A stretch of DNA of 20,000 nucleotides, taken from positions 110,363 through 130,362 of IMG/VR virus record IMGVR_UViG_3300047462_000385; one strand, written 5' to 3'. The stretch's first letter is position 1. Every line of letters starts with the position of its first letter. A program made the position numbers and the translations under genes. Of this stretch, positions 1 to 10,116 are shown one piece after another. Source of the DNA: an uncultured virus (IMG/VR IMGVR_UViG_3300047462_000385). Lineage: Duplodnaviria; Heunggongvirae; Uroviricota; Caudoviricetes. Below the pieces are notes generated by a model. The model was not told where the DNA came from. It ran no database searches and saw only the letters and a list, made by a program, of their open reading frames with translations.

Positions 1-57
1 TAAAAAGTATATGGAACCCAGATTACAAAAACTTTTGTTATTTGTATAAAGGAAGAT

Positions 58-225
58 ATGAAATTACTTAGATGCAAATACTGTCGTGGCGAAGTGGAAA
101 TAGTTGGCAATGATCGTGCCATTAATAAAAAAGTAAAGTGTAATCAGTGTGGCTTTACCAATGCTGATGCTACTGATAAAAAAGAGCCTGAAGTCGTAAT
201 AATTAAGAAACGTCCTGCGCAATAA
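58..225 (+). CDS. Small zinc-ribbon protein (55 aa), not in the ORF track
   Basis: Manual translation gives [55 protein letters not shown], with two CxxC pairs. An AAAGGAAG ribosome-binding site lies just upstream of ATG 58. Confidence 0.75.
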   Translation: MKLLRCKYCRGEVEIVGNDRAINKKVKCNQCGFTNADATDKKEPEVVIIKKRPAQ

Positions 226-1144
226 CCCGGTCTCTATTATCTCGATACCATTGAATGACACGAAGTAGTCCGTCTTTAAAGTCTGTCTTTGCTGCCCAGC
301 CAAGCATTTCTTTAGCGCGGGAAACATCTAACATTCTCTTAGGCTGCCCATCTGACACCTCATTCGTGAAGACGATTTCTCCTTGAAATCCAGTCAGATG
401 CCCGACCAAATGAGCCAGATCTTTAATAGAAATATCCTTGCCAACTCCAAGATTAATTGGTAAATCGGTATCGAGTCCGTCGTTTACGGCTTTTAAAATG
501 GCTTCAGAGCAGTCGCCAGCGTACAAGAATTCTCTGGTAGCTTCACCAGTTCCCCAGCATTTAACAACTCCGCTATCATTGCGGATCGCCTCTTCAAATT
601 TACGAATAAGTGCCGGAATAACATGACTGTAAGTTGGATCGAATGTGTCATACTCTCCATACATATTTACAGGAATAAGGTGAGCGCCTTTCATGCCGTA
701 TTGTTGGCGATAAGTTTGCCCTAACATCATTAGCGTTCTTTTGGCTTGACCATATGGGAAGTTTGTTTCCTCTGCTGCACCATTCCAAATGTTTTCCTCT
801 TTGAATGGGGCTGGACAAAATTTTGGATAAGCACATACTGAACCCAAAGTATAAACTGTCTCTATTTTTAAAATACGGGCAACTTCATAAACATTGAGAC
901 CCATTTGAGTATTATCTCTTAAAAAGTCAGCTGGATTGATGCGGTTACCAAGGATACCCGCACATTTGGCAGCCATATGTAAAATTACATCTGGACCAGA
1001 CTGCACTACAGCATGATTAAGTGCGTAGAAGTCTAGTACATTTACTTCTTTGCTTGAAGGTGCCCAAACCTCATGCTGCTCTTTTAATTTTGGTACTACG
1101 TGCTTTCCAAGAAAACCAGTGCCACCCGTGACCAAGATTTTCAT
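203..1144 (-). CDS. fcl: GDP-L-fucose synthase (GDP-4-keto-6-deoxymannose 3,5-epimerase/4-reductase)
   Basis: Motifs [43 protein letters not shown] and DGQPKR. Coupled to gmd by an ATGA overlap. Confidence 0.92.
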   Translation of the reverse strand: MKILVTGGTGFLGKHVVPKLKEQHEVWAPSSKEVNVLDFYALNHAVVQSGPDVILHMAAKCAGILGNRINPADFLRDNTQMGLNVYEVARILKIETVYTLGSVCAYPKFCPAPFKEENIWNGAAEETNFPYGQAKRTLMMLGQTYRQQYGMKGAHLIPVNMYGEYDTFDPTYSHVIPALIRKFEEAIRNDSGVVKCWGTGEATREFLYAGDCSEAILKAVNDGLDTDLPINLGVGKDISIKDLAHLVGHLTGFQGEIVFTNEVSDGQPKRMLDVSRAKEMLGWAAKTDFKDGLLRVIQWYRDNRDRVIAQDVS

Positions 1145-2142
1145 TTGTTGTCCTTTAAGATCTTTTCTTGACGAGCCAGTTCCATATCAGAAGCAATCAT
1201 CTCATCGACGAGCTGTTCAAAGGTATACTTTGGCTGCCATCCTAATTTAGTTTTTAATTTGGTAGGATCCCCGCACAAAGCATCAACTTCGGCTGGTCTC
1301 AAATATCTTGCGTCAAATTCTACATATTTAGAATAATCCAAATCAAGCTTGTTGAAGACCATTTCAGCAAACTCGCGCACTGAATGCATCTCGCCACTGG
1401 CTACCACATAATCATCTGGCTCTGGCGCTGTGATAATTTTAAACATTGCATCAGCCACATCGGCGGCGTGAGACCAGTCTCGCTTAGCTTCCAAATTTCC
1501 TAAATAGAGCTTGTCTTGTAAACCAAGCTTGATTCTGGTCGCTGCCATAGTAATTTTACGGGTAACGAAGGTCTCTCCGCGCCTGCCAGATTCATGATTG
1601 AAAGAAATAGCATTACAGGCATGCATTCCATAAGATTCGCGGTAATTGGTGGTTGCCCAAAAGCCTGCCACTTTGGCGACTCCGTATGGAGAGCGAGGAT
1701 GAAATGGTGTGGTCTCGCTTTGGGGTGGAGGAGTGGAACCAAACATTTCAGAGCTTGATGCCGTTAAAAATTTGGTTTGAGGGCTGTGCTTATGAATAGC
1801 TTCAAGCGCTCTTATTACGCCAGTTCCGGTAACATCCATCGTATACTCTGGAATATCAAAGCTAACACGCACGTGACTTTGAGCTGCAAGATTAAAAAAT
1901 AAATCAGGCTTCACCTCAGCAACTAAACTAGATAAAGAAGAGAAGTCAGACAAATCACCATAAACCAATTTTAGTTTACTATCAGCATGTGGATCTTCAT
2001 ATACATGATTTAATCTTTCTGTATTAAATGAAGAGCTGCGTCTTTTAAGACCGTATATCTGATATCCCTTTTCTAAGAGTAATTCACATAAATATGATCC
2101 AGTTTGTCCAGTAATTCCAGTAATGCAAGCCGTAGGTGCCAT
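1141..2142 (-). CDS. gmd: GDP-mannose 4,6-dehydratase
   Basis: Motifs [57 protein letters not shown] and RPAEVD. Confidence 0.96.
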   Translation of the reverse strand: MAPTACITGITGQTGSYLCELLLEKGYQIYGLKRRSSSFNTERLNHVYEDPHADSKLKLVYGDLSDFSSLSSLVAEVKPDLFFNLAAQSHVRVSFDIPEYTMDVTGTGVIRALEAIHKHSPQTKFLTASSSEMFGSTPPPQSETTPFHPRSPYGVAKVAGFWATTNYRESYGMHACNAISFNHESGRRGETFVTRKITMAATRIKLGLQDKLYLGNLEAKRDWSHAADVADAMFKIITAPEPDDYVVASGEMHSVREFAEMVFNKLDLDYSKYVEFDARYLRPAEVDALCGDPTKLKTKLGWQPKYTFEQLVDEMIASDMELARQEKILKDNK

Positions 2143-2162
2143 TTAATATTCCTTTATCTTGA

Positions 2163-3080
2163 TTATATCAAATCATCAAAATACTTGATCGTTTCAACTA
2201 TTCCATTATCTAGAGACCAGAAATTATTCCACCCTCTGGCTTTTAATTTTTCGGCACTTAATTGAGTGTACAGTAATTCTCCAACAATAGGCGCTGTATG
2301 AACAATTTTAGAGGATGTCGGAATATATTGAACTATCTTTTGAGCAACATCATTCACACTGTATTGTAAATTAGAGCTGACATTAAAAGTACCATTCAGT
2401 TCTTGCTCTAATGCTAACATATTCGCCTGAACTACATCTTGCACATAAACAAAGTCTCTGGTCTGCTTTCCATCTCCAAAGATGGTCAAATCTTCGTCCG
2501 CAAGCGCTCTTTGGATGAAAATAGCGATGACGCCAGCTTCACCCTTGCTATCTTGACGGGGACCAAAAACATTGCTGTATCTTAATACCGTATATTGTAG
2601 ACCATATAGTTTTTGAAAAATTTCCAAATACTTCTCTACTGTTTGTTTTGCTAAGCCATAAGGCGACTCCGGATATGCCAGGGATTGTTCGGTAAATGGT
2701 AAAATTTCATGGGGCGAATAGATGGCTCCGCCCGTGGAAGAAAAGATGACTCGTTTTACATTAGCGCGCGCGCAATTTTCAAGGATGTTGAGGCTGCCAA
2801 CTACATTGGCTAGAGCGTCTTCAGCCGGTTCTTTGATGGAATGTCTTAGATTAATTTGTGCAGCTAAATGAAAAACATAATCAAATTTGAATTTATCGAA
2901 AATATAATTTAGAGGATTGATGACGTTTTGCTGGTAAAAGGTAGCTCTAGGATTAAGATTCTTGATATTTCCAGTAACAAGATTGTCTATAATTACTACC
3001 TGATGACCCTTATCAATGAGAGAGTCAACAATATGACTACCAATGAATCCCGCTCCACCAGTAACTAAACAAATACTCAT
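2163..3080 (-). CDS. NAD-dependent NDP-sugar epimerase (UDP-glucose/GlcNAc 4-epimerase-like extended SDR)
   Basis: Motifs VTGGAGFIGSH, HLAAQ, SSTGGAIY, SPYGLAK (YxxxK), LRYSNVFGPRQ and GDGKQTRDFVYV. Confidence 0.88.
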   Translation of the reverse strand: MSICLVTGGAGFIGSHIVDSLIDKGHQVVIIDNLVTGNIKNLNPRATFYQQNVINPLNYIFDKFKFDYVFHLAAQINLRHSIKEPAEDALANVVGSLNILENCARANVKRVIFSSTGGAIYSPHEILPFTEQSLAYPESPYGLAKQTVEKYLEIFQKLYGLQYTVLRYSNVFGPRQDSKGEAGVIAIFIQRALADEDLTIFGDGKQTRDFVYVQDVVQANMLALEQELNGTFNVSSNLQYSVNDVAQKIVQYIPTSSKIVHTAPIVGELLYTQLSAEKLKARGWNNFWSLDNGIVETIKYFDDLI

Positions 3081-3148
3081 TTAATGCCTCAATTTCAATA
3101 GCTTGCTATCTATGTATATATCCACATTTTCGATGTAAAGGACATAAC

Positions 3149-3409
3149 ATGAAAGTTACCATAGGCAACCTAATTGACCAATTGACCATTGTAAATATTA
3201 GAATTTGGATGGCAGAAGATATTAAACGTGATCCAAATGCTACTGATAAACAAATTGCTGATGCAACTCGCCTTACTAATGTAGCAAATCAACAAAGAAA
3301 TGATTTAATACAGGAGATTGATGAATGTCTAAATGATATGGTAAAGAATGGAACCGTTCAAAAGCTATATGGTCAGGGAAAAAATAAGATGTATGGCAAG
3401 GAAAAATAA
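3149..3409 (+). CDS. Small helical protein, DUF4254-like, of the kind often found in sugar clusters
   Basis: Pattern GNLIDQLTIVNIRIW..ED..R..NQQRNDLIQEID. AAGGA ribosome-binding site. Stop/start overlap (TAATG) with the next gene. Confidence 0.6.
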   Translation: MKVTIGNLIDQLTIVNIRIWMAEDIKRDPNATDKQIADATRLTNVANQQRNDLIQEIDECLNDMVKNGTVQKLYGQGKNKMYGKEK

Positions 3410-4626
3410 TGAAAGAATTGTTTTCTTTGGGCGAGCTATATGTTTCTGACTTCTTAAAAGCAGAGGATTCTCCTCGTGCTGATAAGGTAGAAATGAAACT
3501 TTTGCTCGATGATAACGGGGCTGTTCGCCTAGAAAAACAGGCTCCTAAAGAGGCAATGTATGGCAGATATTGGTATCGCTCTGGCATCAATGCTACCATG
3601 ACCAATGAACTTAAAGGCATTGTCGAGTCCATTACTGGCGTAATAAGTTTGCAAAATAATGATCTTTGGATAGATATTGCCTGTAATGATGGTACGCTTC
3701 TTAGTTTTATTCTGCCAAATGTTGTCAAAGTGGGAATTGATCCAGCCGATGATACCTACAAGGCAGAGTCAGAAAAACGTGCCGATCTAATTATTCAAGA
3801 CTATTTTAGTGCTGACGTTTTTAAACAATCAAAATTTGGTGATAAAAAAGCCAAGGTAATCACCTCTATTGCTATGTTCTATGATTTAGAACATCCGGAT
3901 GCTTTTATTGAAGATATTTATGACGTATTGGATTGCGATGGTCTTTGGGTAATGCAACTAAGCTATACTCCTCTTATGTTGCAGCAGCTCGCTTTCGACA
4001 ACATTTGCCACGAACATATTTACTATTACTCGTTATTTAATTTAAAATCTTTACTAGAAAAGCATGGTTTTAAAATAATGGACTGTCAATTGAATGATAT
4101 AAACGGCGGTTCATTTCGTGTTTACATTATGAAGCAAGGCTCCAATCCTAAACATTTTGCGACACAGCCATATCGTGATGTTTGTGAATTTAGAGTTAAT
4201 TCACTTCTTGCGTTTGAAGATACTTTGCACCTAGACTCTATTTTAACTTGGAAGCATTTTTATGATAGAATTAATGCGCTCCGCGAACAAACGGTTGATT
4301 TTGTCAAATCTGAAAAAGCCAAAGGTAAAACTATATGGGCGTATGGTGCCTCGACTAAGGGCAATACACTGCTCCAATATTTTGGATTAGATCATACTGT
4401 AATTGATGGTGTGGCAGAACGTAGTCCATACAAATTTGGCTTGCATACTGTCGGAACCAATATTCCGATTTATTCGGAAGAAGATATGCGAAAAAATAAA
4501 CCAGACTATTTACTGGTATTACCGTGGCATTTTATTAATGAATTTGTGGCGCGCGAAATAGATTTTTTGAGGGCAGGTGGTAAATTCATTGTACCATGTC
4601 CTCAGTTTGAAATTATTGGAATATAA
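3409..4626 (+). CDS. NDP-hexose C-methyltransferase (TcaB9/KijD1/NovU-like family)
   Basis: Motifs YWYRSG, DIACNDGTLL, SIAMFYDL, FDNICHEHIYYY, NGGSFR, YGASTKGNTLLQY and LVLPWHF. Confidence 0.88.
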   Translation: MKELFSLGELYVSDFLKAEDSPRADKVEMKLLLDDNGAVRLEKQAPKEAMYGRYWYRSGINATMTNELKGIVESITGVISLQNNDLWIDIACNDGTLLSFILPNVVKVGIDPADDTYKAESEKRADLIIQDYFSADVFKQSKFGDKKAKVITSIAMFYDLEHPDAFIEDIYDVLDCDGLWVMQLSYTPLMLQQLAFDNICHEHIYYYSLFNLKSLLEKHGFKIMDCQLNDINGGSFRVYIMKQGSNPKHFATQPYRDVCEFRVNSLLAFEDTLHLDSILTWKHFYDRINALREQTVDFVKSEKAKGKTIWAYGASTKGNTLLQYFGLDHTVIDGVAERSPYKFGLHTVGTNIPIYSEEDMRKNKPDYLLVLPWHFINEFVAREIDFLRAGGKFIVPCPQFEIIGI

Positions 4627-4636
4627 GGAAAAACAC

Positions 4637-5275
4637 ATGGGCGGATCACAGGCATGGCAAGAGAGTTTTGTTTGGAATATGTTAAGCTTTAAGCGAGATG
4701 GAACCTATTTGGATATTGGCAGCAATGATGCTAAGAATCTAAATAATTCTTGGCTTCTAGAACACCTATATAATTGGAAAGGTATTTGTGTAGAAATAGG
4801 TCCACAATATGCAGAACAATATAAGGAAAGAACATGTCACTTTGTAAATGAGGATGCAACTAAAGTTAATTATAAAGAAGTATTTCAATCTTTAGGATAT
4901 CCGTCTAGAATAGATTATCTTTCATTAGATTGTGATGATAGCAGTGTAGATGCACTTAAACAATTACCGCTAGCTGATTACAGATTCACTACTATTACTA
5001 TAGAGCATGATGCTTATAGAATTGGTGACGCTGCTAGAATTGCGGAGCGCGCTATTTTGGACAGCTATGGCTATGTACGAGTATTTCCTGACGTATGTGC
5101 GCCACTTGGTTGTGGTATGGGTCCCAATCTTCCATTTGAAGATTGGTGGATAGATCCTGCCGCTTTTGATATGAACAAAATAAACAGCATATCTGCAGCA
5201 AATCAATATCCTGATGAAATAGTTGAGATGTTGAAAAAGAGGGCTGACACTTATCTTTTACCAGAATTTAGATAA
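4637..5275 (+). CDS. FkbM-like SAM-dependent methyltransferase
   Basis: Motifs GTYLDIGSND..NNS.LLE..NWKGICVE, IDYLSLDCD, ITIEHD and EDWW. Start moved to ATG 4637, which follows an AAGGA ribosome-binding site. Confidence 0.8.
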   Translation: MGGSQAWQESFVWNMLSFKRDGTYLDIGSNDAKNLNNSWLLEHLYNWKGICVEIGPQYAEQYKERTCHFVNEDATKVNYKEVFQSLGYPSRIDYLSLDCDDSSVDALKQLPLADYRFTTITIEHDAYRIGDAARIAERAILDSYGYVRVFPDVCAPLGCGMGPNLPFEDWWIDPAAFDMNKINSISAANQYPDEIVEMLKKRADTYLLPEFR

Positions 5276-6363
5276 TCGTTAACAGATTTTAATATATAGT
5301 CCTGTTCATCCGATTTTAATTCTGGATAACTTGGAAGAAGAAAACACTCTTTGTTAAGAAGAACGGCATTAGTCGAATCTTCTTGTTGTATGCAATCCAT
5401 GTCACTAATATATTTGTGTGCATGCATAGGGTAAAACATTGGTCTAATTTCAATGCTGCGTTGTTTGAAAAATGACTCAGCCACTTCATAGCTTGTTTGC
5501 CCCGGCACTCTAACGCCAAAATGCCAATTAGCATTTTTTGTATTATCTGCATTCTTTTGAATAAAAATGTCTGAGCGGTCTTGAAATTCGGTGCGATATC
5601 TATCAAATATCTTGTGTTTCAGGTCTAAGATAGTTGGTAAAATTTCAAGCTGTCCATACAAAATAGCCGCTTGAATATTGGTCATGCGGTAGTTATAACC
5701 CAACTCATCGTGAATGAATCGTTTAGCAGATTGTCCTTGACCTTGCACACACTTTGCAAAAAGACATACATCTTCATCGTTAGTAATGAAGGCGCCACCT
5801 TCACCACTAGTTATGTTTTTATTTCCAAAAAAAGAAATGCTAGAAGCATAAGAGGCAGTGCCGGTAAAGACATTTTCATAAGTTCCTAAAAATCCTTCAC
5901 AATTATCTTCAACAAATAATGTATTAGGATATTTTCTTTTTAATTTAGGCACATTAATAATATTTCCAATATTATGTACTATTAGGACTGCAGCATTTGG
6001 ATGAGCGATAATGGATTTATCTAGTTCATCTAGATTGTAATTCCAAGTGTTGAGGTCGGCATCCACAGTGAAGATTTTGTAATCTCTATCAAATAAAAAG
6101 GCATTCCAAGCTGCCACATAGACGTTGTTTGGAACTATAATTTCATTCTTATTTTGTTTGGTTGCTAAACACTTAGCCACTAGATGGCAGGCACTAGTGC
6201 CATTATTTAATAAAATAACATAAGGCGCATTAAGCAGCTCCTGTAACGCTTCTTGTGCTAGTTGTATGTATTTTCCTTGCGAAGAAATCCAGGTAGAATC
6301 CAGGGCTTCATGTGCATATGCTAAAGAAGATTTTGGCAAGTATGGCTTATAAATTGGAATCAT
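5251..6363 (-). CDS. DegT/DnrJ/EryC1/StrS PLP aminotransferase, GDP-perosamine synthase-like
   Basis: Motifs WISSQG, NGTSACH, VEDNCE, SFFGNKNITSGEGG (Schiff-base Lys present), GYNYRMTNIQAA, RPMFYP and LPSYP. Confidence 0.88.
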   Translation of the reverse strand: MIPIYKPYLPKSSLAYAHEALDSTWISSQGKYIQLAQEALQELLNAPYVILLNNGTSACHLVAKCLATKQNKNEIIVPNNVYVAAWNAFLFDRDYKIFTVDADLNTWNYNLDELDKSIIAHPNAAVLIVHNIGNIINVPKLKRKYPNTLFVEDNCEGFLGTYENVFTGTASYASSISFFGNKNITSGEGGAFITNDEDVCLFAKCVQGQGQSAKRFIHDELGYNYRMTNIQAAILYGQLEILPTILDLKHKIFDRYRTEFQDRSDIFIQKNADNTKNANWHFGVRVPGQTSYEVAESFFKQRSIEIRPMFYPMHAHKYISDMDCIQQEDSTNAVLLNKECFLLPSYPELKSDEQDYILKSVNDYLNSGKR

Positions 6364-6977
6364 GTCTTTAATTTCTTAGCAGGTATACCTACATAAGTTC
6401 CACTTTCTGCAATATCTTTTACCACACATGCGCCCGCACCAATAGTTACATCGCTACAGATCGCAATATCTTCAACGGTTGAAGAGTTGGTGCCTAGATA
6501 CACTCTGTTACCAGTCTTCACATGACCACTAACGTGAACACCTGGGGCGGTAGTAAAAAAATCTCCAGTAACAGTATCGTGACCAATAGTTGTGGCTAAA
6601 TTGAGCTGTGAGAATGCCCCCAATTGTATATCACATGTTAATAGACAGTTGGCACAAATAACTGAACCAGAGCCAATACTAATATTGGGATCCATTAAAA
6701 TAGCTCGGGGATGAATAAGTGTTTTGAAGACACTATCTCCATGGTGGTCAATAATTTTTTTTACAATAATTTCGCGGATACGCGGATTACCAACAGCAAC
6801 TACAGCTAAATGTTTGTTGGGATCAAAATAATTCTCGTCCTCTACTTTTACTCCACAATAGTCTTTGCCTGCCTGCACATCGATAAAAGCGTCTACCTCA
6901 CAGCCGCACTGATTAGCGAGCCAAAAGACTTCTCTAGCAAAACCGCCTGCACCAAATATACAAATAGTCTTAACCAT
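6360..6977 (-). CDS. Sugar N/O-acetyltransferase, NeuD/PglD/PerB family (left-handed beta helix)
   Basis: Motifs IFGAGGFAREV, AVGNP..R, TLIHP, TIGHD, hexapeptide repeats and YVGIPAK. Coupled to the aminotransferase. Confidence 0.88.
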   Translation of the reverse strand: MVKTICIFGAGGFAREVFWLANQCGCEVDAFIDVQAGKDYCGVKVEDENYFDPNKHLAVVAVGNPRIREIIVKKIIDHHGDSVFKTLIHPRAILMDPNISIGSGSVICANCLLTCDIQLGAFSQLNLATTIGHDTVTGDFFTTAPGVHVSGHVKTGNRVYLGTNSSTVEDIAICSDVTIGAGACVVKDIAESGTYVGIPAKKLKT

Positions 6978-6986
6978 AAGAATTCC

Positions 6987-7886
6987 TTAAATTCTACTTA
7001 AGGTATCCGCCAAGGTGCGCTCTAGCCCTGCCTTCTTTTGTTCTACGGTAAGGTTGTCACAAATGAAGCTGTTAACTGGACCATGAGCCATTATTGAGCT
7101 TACGATAGTAGATCCACAAAATTCAACCCTAGGAACTGGCTTATTGCCCCAGCAATTTGCAGCAACTGTGATGCCGCTACTTACTCCGATGAACAAATCA
7201 CATTGAGCATGTAACAGTGCAGTTTGTCTAACTGTAAATTGTGATCCAGAAACAACGCCTATGTCATCTGCAAACTTTGTATGATCAACTTTGCTAGCAA
7301 AAATGAAGTTGCATTTGCCAAATTTGCTTCGACATTGGTGAATTATATTTCTAGTTGAATCTTCAAATAATTGAAAATTGCCAGCCGATCTTAACTCGGT
7401 TTCCAGCATAACTGTTTTTGCGTGAGGCAAACTGGCATAAAAATCTTTAGCCATTTCTCTTTCTTCATCAGAAAATCCTAAATATGAATGCCATTCCCAC
7501 GAAGGATCGGCTCCACAAACCATTCTAGGTATGTTTGAATAGTTTACACTATCTAATTTTGGATTAGGTAACACTGCCCATGGGGCTGGATAATAGCCTG
7601 CATCTAAGTCTTTTGTTTGCTCGAAATCTGTCATTTTTTCTGGAAGAAGATGCCCGTCCCTATCGATTATATCTCTAAACCAAATTGGAGGTTGTTGTCT
7701 AATTTCAGAAATTGCATCATTGAATTTAAGCATGTCTACATAAGTAGCTTTTTCAGGAGCTAAATTGGCAAACCATACGATATCTTTATCTGGCCACAAC
7801 ACATCTTTATATTTTAAAACAGCTGTACAGAGTCCAATATCACCATGCTGTTCACCACAAAAAATACCAATTTTTCCCTTGCTCAT
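6987..7886 (-). CDS. Putative GT-B glycosyltransferase, GT9-like
   Basis: N-terminal HGDI motif and C-terminal TALLHAQCDLFIGVSSG resemble GT9 signatures. GAGG ribosome-binding site. Confidence 0.5.
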   Translation of the reverse strand: MSKGKIGIFCGEQHGDIGLCTAVLKYKDVLWPDKDIVWFANLAPEKATYVDMLKFNDAISEIRQQPPIWFRDIIDRDGHLLPEKMTDFEQTKDLDAGYYPAPWAVLPNPKLDSVNYSNIPRMVCGADPSWEWHSYLGFSDEEREMAKDFYASLPHAKTVMLETELRSAGNFQLFEDSTRNIIHQCRSKFGKCNFIFASKVDHTKFADDIGVVSGSQFTVRQTALLHAQCDLFIGVSSGITVAANCWGNKPVPRVEFCGSTIVSSIMAHGPVNSFICDNLTVEQKKAGLERTLADTLSRI

Positions 7887-7920
7887 TTATGCCTCACCAT
7901 ATCAATATAACCTTATTAGT

Positions 7921-8733
7921 ATGATGAAGAAGATAGTAAGCTACTCGCTGTACAATAACCGTCCGAAAGATTGCATCAACGCAATTATTAACTGCCTTTT
8001 AATTCCACAAATTTATCCCGGCTGGGTTGCCAGATTTTACATTGATGATACTGTACCACCAAGCATAGAACAACTTCTTAGAACATTTGAACATGTTGAA
8101 GTTGTAGTTATGCCGCATCATCGTGGAAGTGAGGCTATGCTATGGAGATTCTTGCCAGCTTCTGAATACGACACAGTTATGATCTCTAGAGATGCAGACT
8201 CTTGGGTTTCTGTCAGAGAGAAAGTGTGTGTTGATCAGTGGCTCGAAGGTGATAGAAGTTTCCATATCATCAGAGATCATTGCTATCACAGCCAAAAAAT
8301 AATGGGCGGCATGTGGGGCGTTCGAAATTATATGCTTCCAGAGATGAAAGATTTGGTGGAAGAATTCTGCAAAACCGGCACATATGATCAGGGATTTTTA
8401 GCTGAAAAGATCTATCCAAATGTTACGCATAATTTACTAGTTCATTTTGGAAATCCTCAATATAATAATCAGGGACAACTATTAGTTAATGGTTATTTTG
8501 GTGAGGACGGTCATCGTGCCCCCATACCTTCCTATCAAGAGTGGGATGAACCAGTTCCAGGTCTTTCTTTTAGAGAGGCTAATTCAATGAATGCTTTCCA
8601 TTGTGCTCACTGCAGACAAACCCATCCAGTTCTTATTGGAGGAATTACAGAACACATTCCGCCGCGAGCCCTAGAAGTAGTAAGAAACTACGCTCGCGAA
8701 AAGGGAATTGTTTTGGATGCCCCAGGGATTTAA
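7921..8733 (+). CDS. Conserved hypothetical protein, putative GT-A glycosyltransferase
   Basis: Motifs KKIVSYSLY, YPGW..RFY, MLWRF, SRDADS (DxD), FHIIRDH, MGGMWG and DQGFL. Start moved to ATG 7921 so that it does not overlap the divergent gene. Confidence 0.6.
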   Translation: MMKKIVSYSLYNNRPKDCINAIINCLLIPQIYPGWVARFYIDDTVPPSIEQLLRTFEHVEVVVMPHHRGSEAMLWRFLPASEYDTVMISRDADSWVSVREKVCVDQWLEGDRSFHIIRDHCYHSQKIMGGMWGVRNYMLPEMKDLVEEFCKTGTYDQGFLAEKIYPNVTHNLLVHFGNPQYNNQGQLLVNGYFGEDGHRAPIPSYQEWDEPVPGLSFREANSMNAFHCAHCRQTHPVLIGGITEHIPPRALEVVRNYAREKGIVLDAPGI

Positions 8734-8744
8734 AGGAGATATTT

Positions 8745-9322
8745 ATGCAAATACCAGACGGGCAACTCAGCAATGTTGAAAGAGACTATCTATTTAATTT
8801 GGTCGTTTCTTTAAAGCCAAATTTAGTTATAGAAAGTGGAACTTGGCAGGGTGGCGGAAGCACTTTATTTTTAGTAAAAGCTCTATTTGAAAATAAAGCA
8901 GGGCAACTTCACACCTATGAAACTTATACTCCATACTGGGAGTGTGCAAATAATTTTTATGAGCAGTCAGTATACAAACCATACATTTCATTATTTAACG
9001 AAGATTTTATCAATGCTACTAAGAGATACAACTTTGAAGATAATAGTGTTGTAATATTTTTAGATGGGGAGATGAAACATGGGATGCAAAGCTGCCATTT
9101 CCTGCAGAACTGTATCCAGATATTTCTGAAAACTTACAATCATTTAAAATCTTAGAGGCAAAAGTAAAGCCTGGAACTAATGTTCTATTGCATGATTGGA
9201 CCGTTGATGGCGGGCGCGGAACATTTGTCAAGCAATATCTGGAAAAGAAAAGCTTTGACGGCTGGGAAATTGTTGATGTTATTAATGCTACTACCGGATT
9301 AGCCCATTTATTGAAGAAATAA
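8745..9322 (+). pseudogene. Class I SAM-dependent methyltransferase split by a 1-nt frameshift at GGGG 9066-9069
   Basis: AGGAG ribosome-binding site, then VIESGTWQGGGST...VIFLDG. The protein continues in the -1 frame as (G)DETWDAK...VKPGTNVLLHDW...TGLAHLLKK* to TAA 9322. Confidence 0.8.
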
Positions 9323-9325
9323 ATA

Positions 9326-10102
9326 TCAATAGAAATAATTTAAGAACAGATCCATTCTTAATTTGTGTCCAGCAGCGAAAGTTGGATTTTCTGCATTGTT
9401 CCATTGTGAGCCCGCCATATAGTGATAAAATCCATCGGCAACCCAACCTGCACTTAAACCGTGTGATCTGCAAATTGCTAAATCATTCGAAAAATATTCT
9501 GCAATTGGTTGCCCTGTCAGTATAGCAATCATGTACGAAATTTGATGATTGTTCAAAAATTTTACTGCTGATTCATGGGACTTGATAAAATCTTTAGTTT
9601 TTCCACCACAATCTAATCCAGGAGCTAATCCAAAATCTAATTCATGAGGGTTTGCAAGACGCTTCATATTAACCATTGTTAAAGCTGGATAAAAATAATT
9701 AACTCCTTTGCCATCCATAATTCTAAATTCACTAGTACTTGCTACAATGTTCTCTCCAATAATGTCAGAAACTACAACATCACAAATTGGAAATACGTCC
9801 GTATGAAGGAGAACAATTATTTCGCAGCCATTTTGTGGGGCGTACTCATGGACTGCCCAATTCAATGTTGCAGCATATCCCTCCGAAGGATTTTGTACTC
9901 TATGAATATGTTGAGGTACCCTTACACATTTTATATTGTTATATGAACAAATCATATTAATATTTTGTTCTGATTGAACATCCATGGCATCATTAAATAA
10001 AATAAACTCAAAATCTTCCTTCATATATTTTTTGAATTGCCTGTGTGCAATATCAATTGGAAATTTTTCATTTACGGCAAAAGAAAATAAAGAGATTTTC
10101 AT
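9326..10102 (-). CDS. Putative GT-A fold glycosyltransferase
   Basis: Motifs FEFILFNDA, LLHTDVFP (degenerate DxD), DCGG and YHYMAGSQW, plus glycosylation-cluster context. Confidence 0.5.
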   Translation of the reverse strand: MKISLFSFAVNEKFPIDIAHRQFKKYMKEDFEFILFNDAMDVQSEQNINMICSYNNIKCVRVPQHIHRVQNPSEGYAATLNWAVHEYAPQNGCEIIVLLHTDVFPICDVVVSDIIGENIVASTSEFRIMDGKGVNYFYPALTMVNMKRLANPHELDFGLAPGLDCGGKTKDFIKSHESAVKFLNNHQISYMIAILTGQPIAEYFSNDLAICRSHGLSAGWVADGFYHYMAGSQWNNAENPTFAAGHKLRMDLFLNYFY

Positions 10103-10116
10103 ATTAGTTCCATTAA

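Noticed and set aside
5251..6363. Colitose pathway (ColD/ColC) interpretation
   Set aside because: The enzyme keeps the Schiff-base lysine (GNK) where ColD has histidine, so a true aminotransferase plus fucose synthase fits better.
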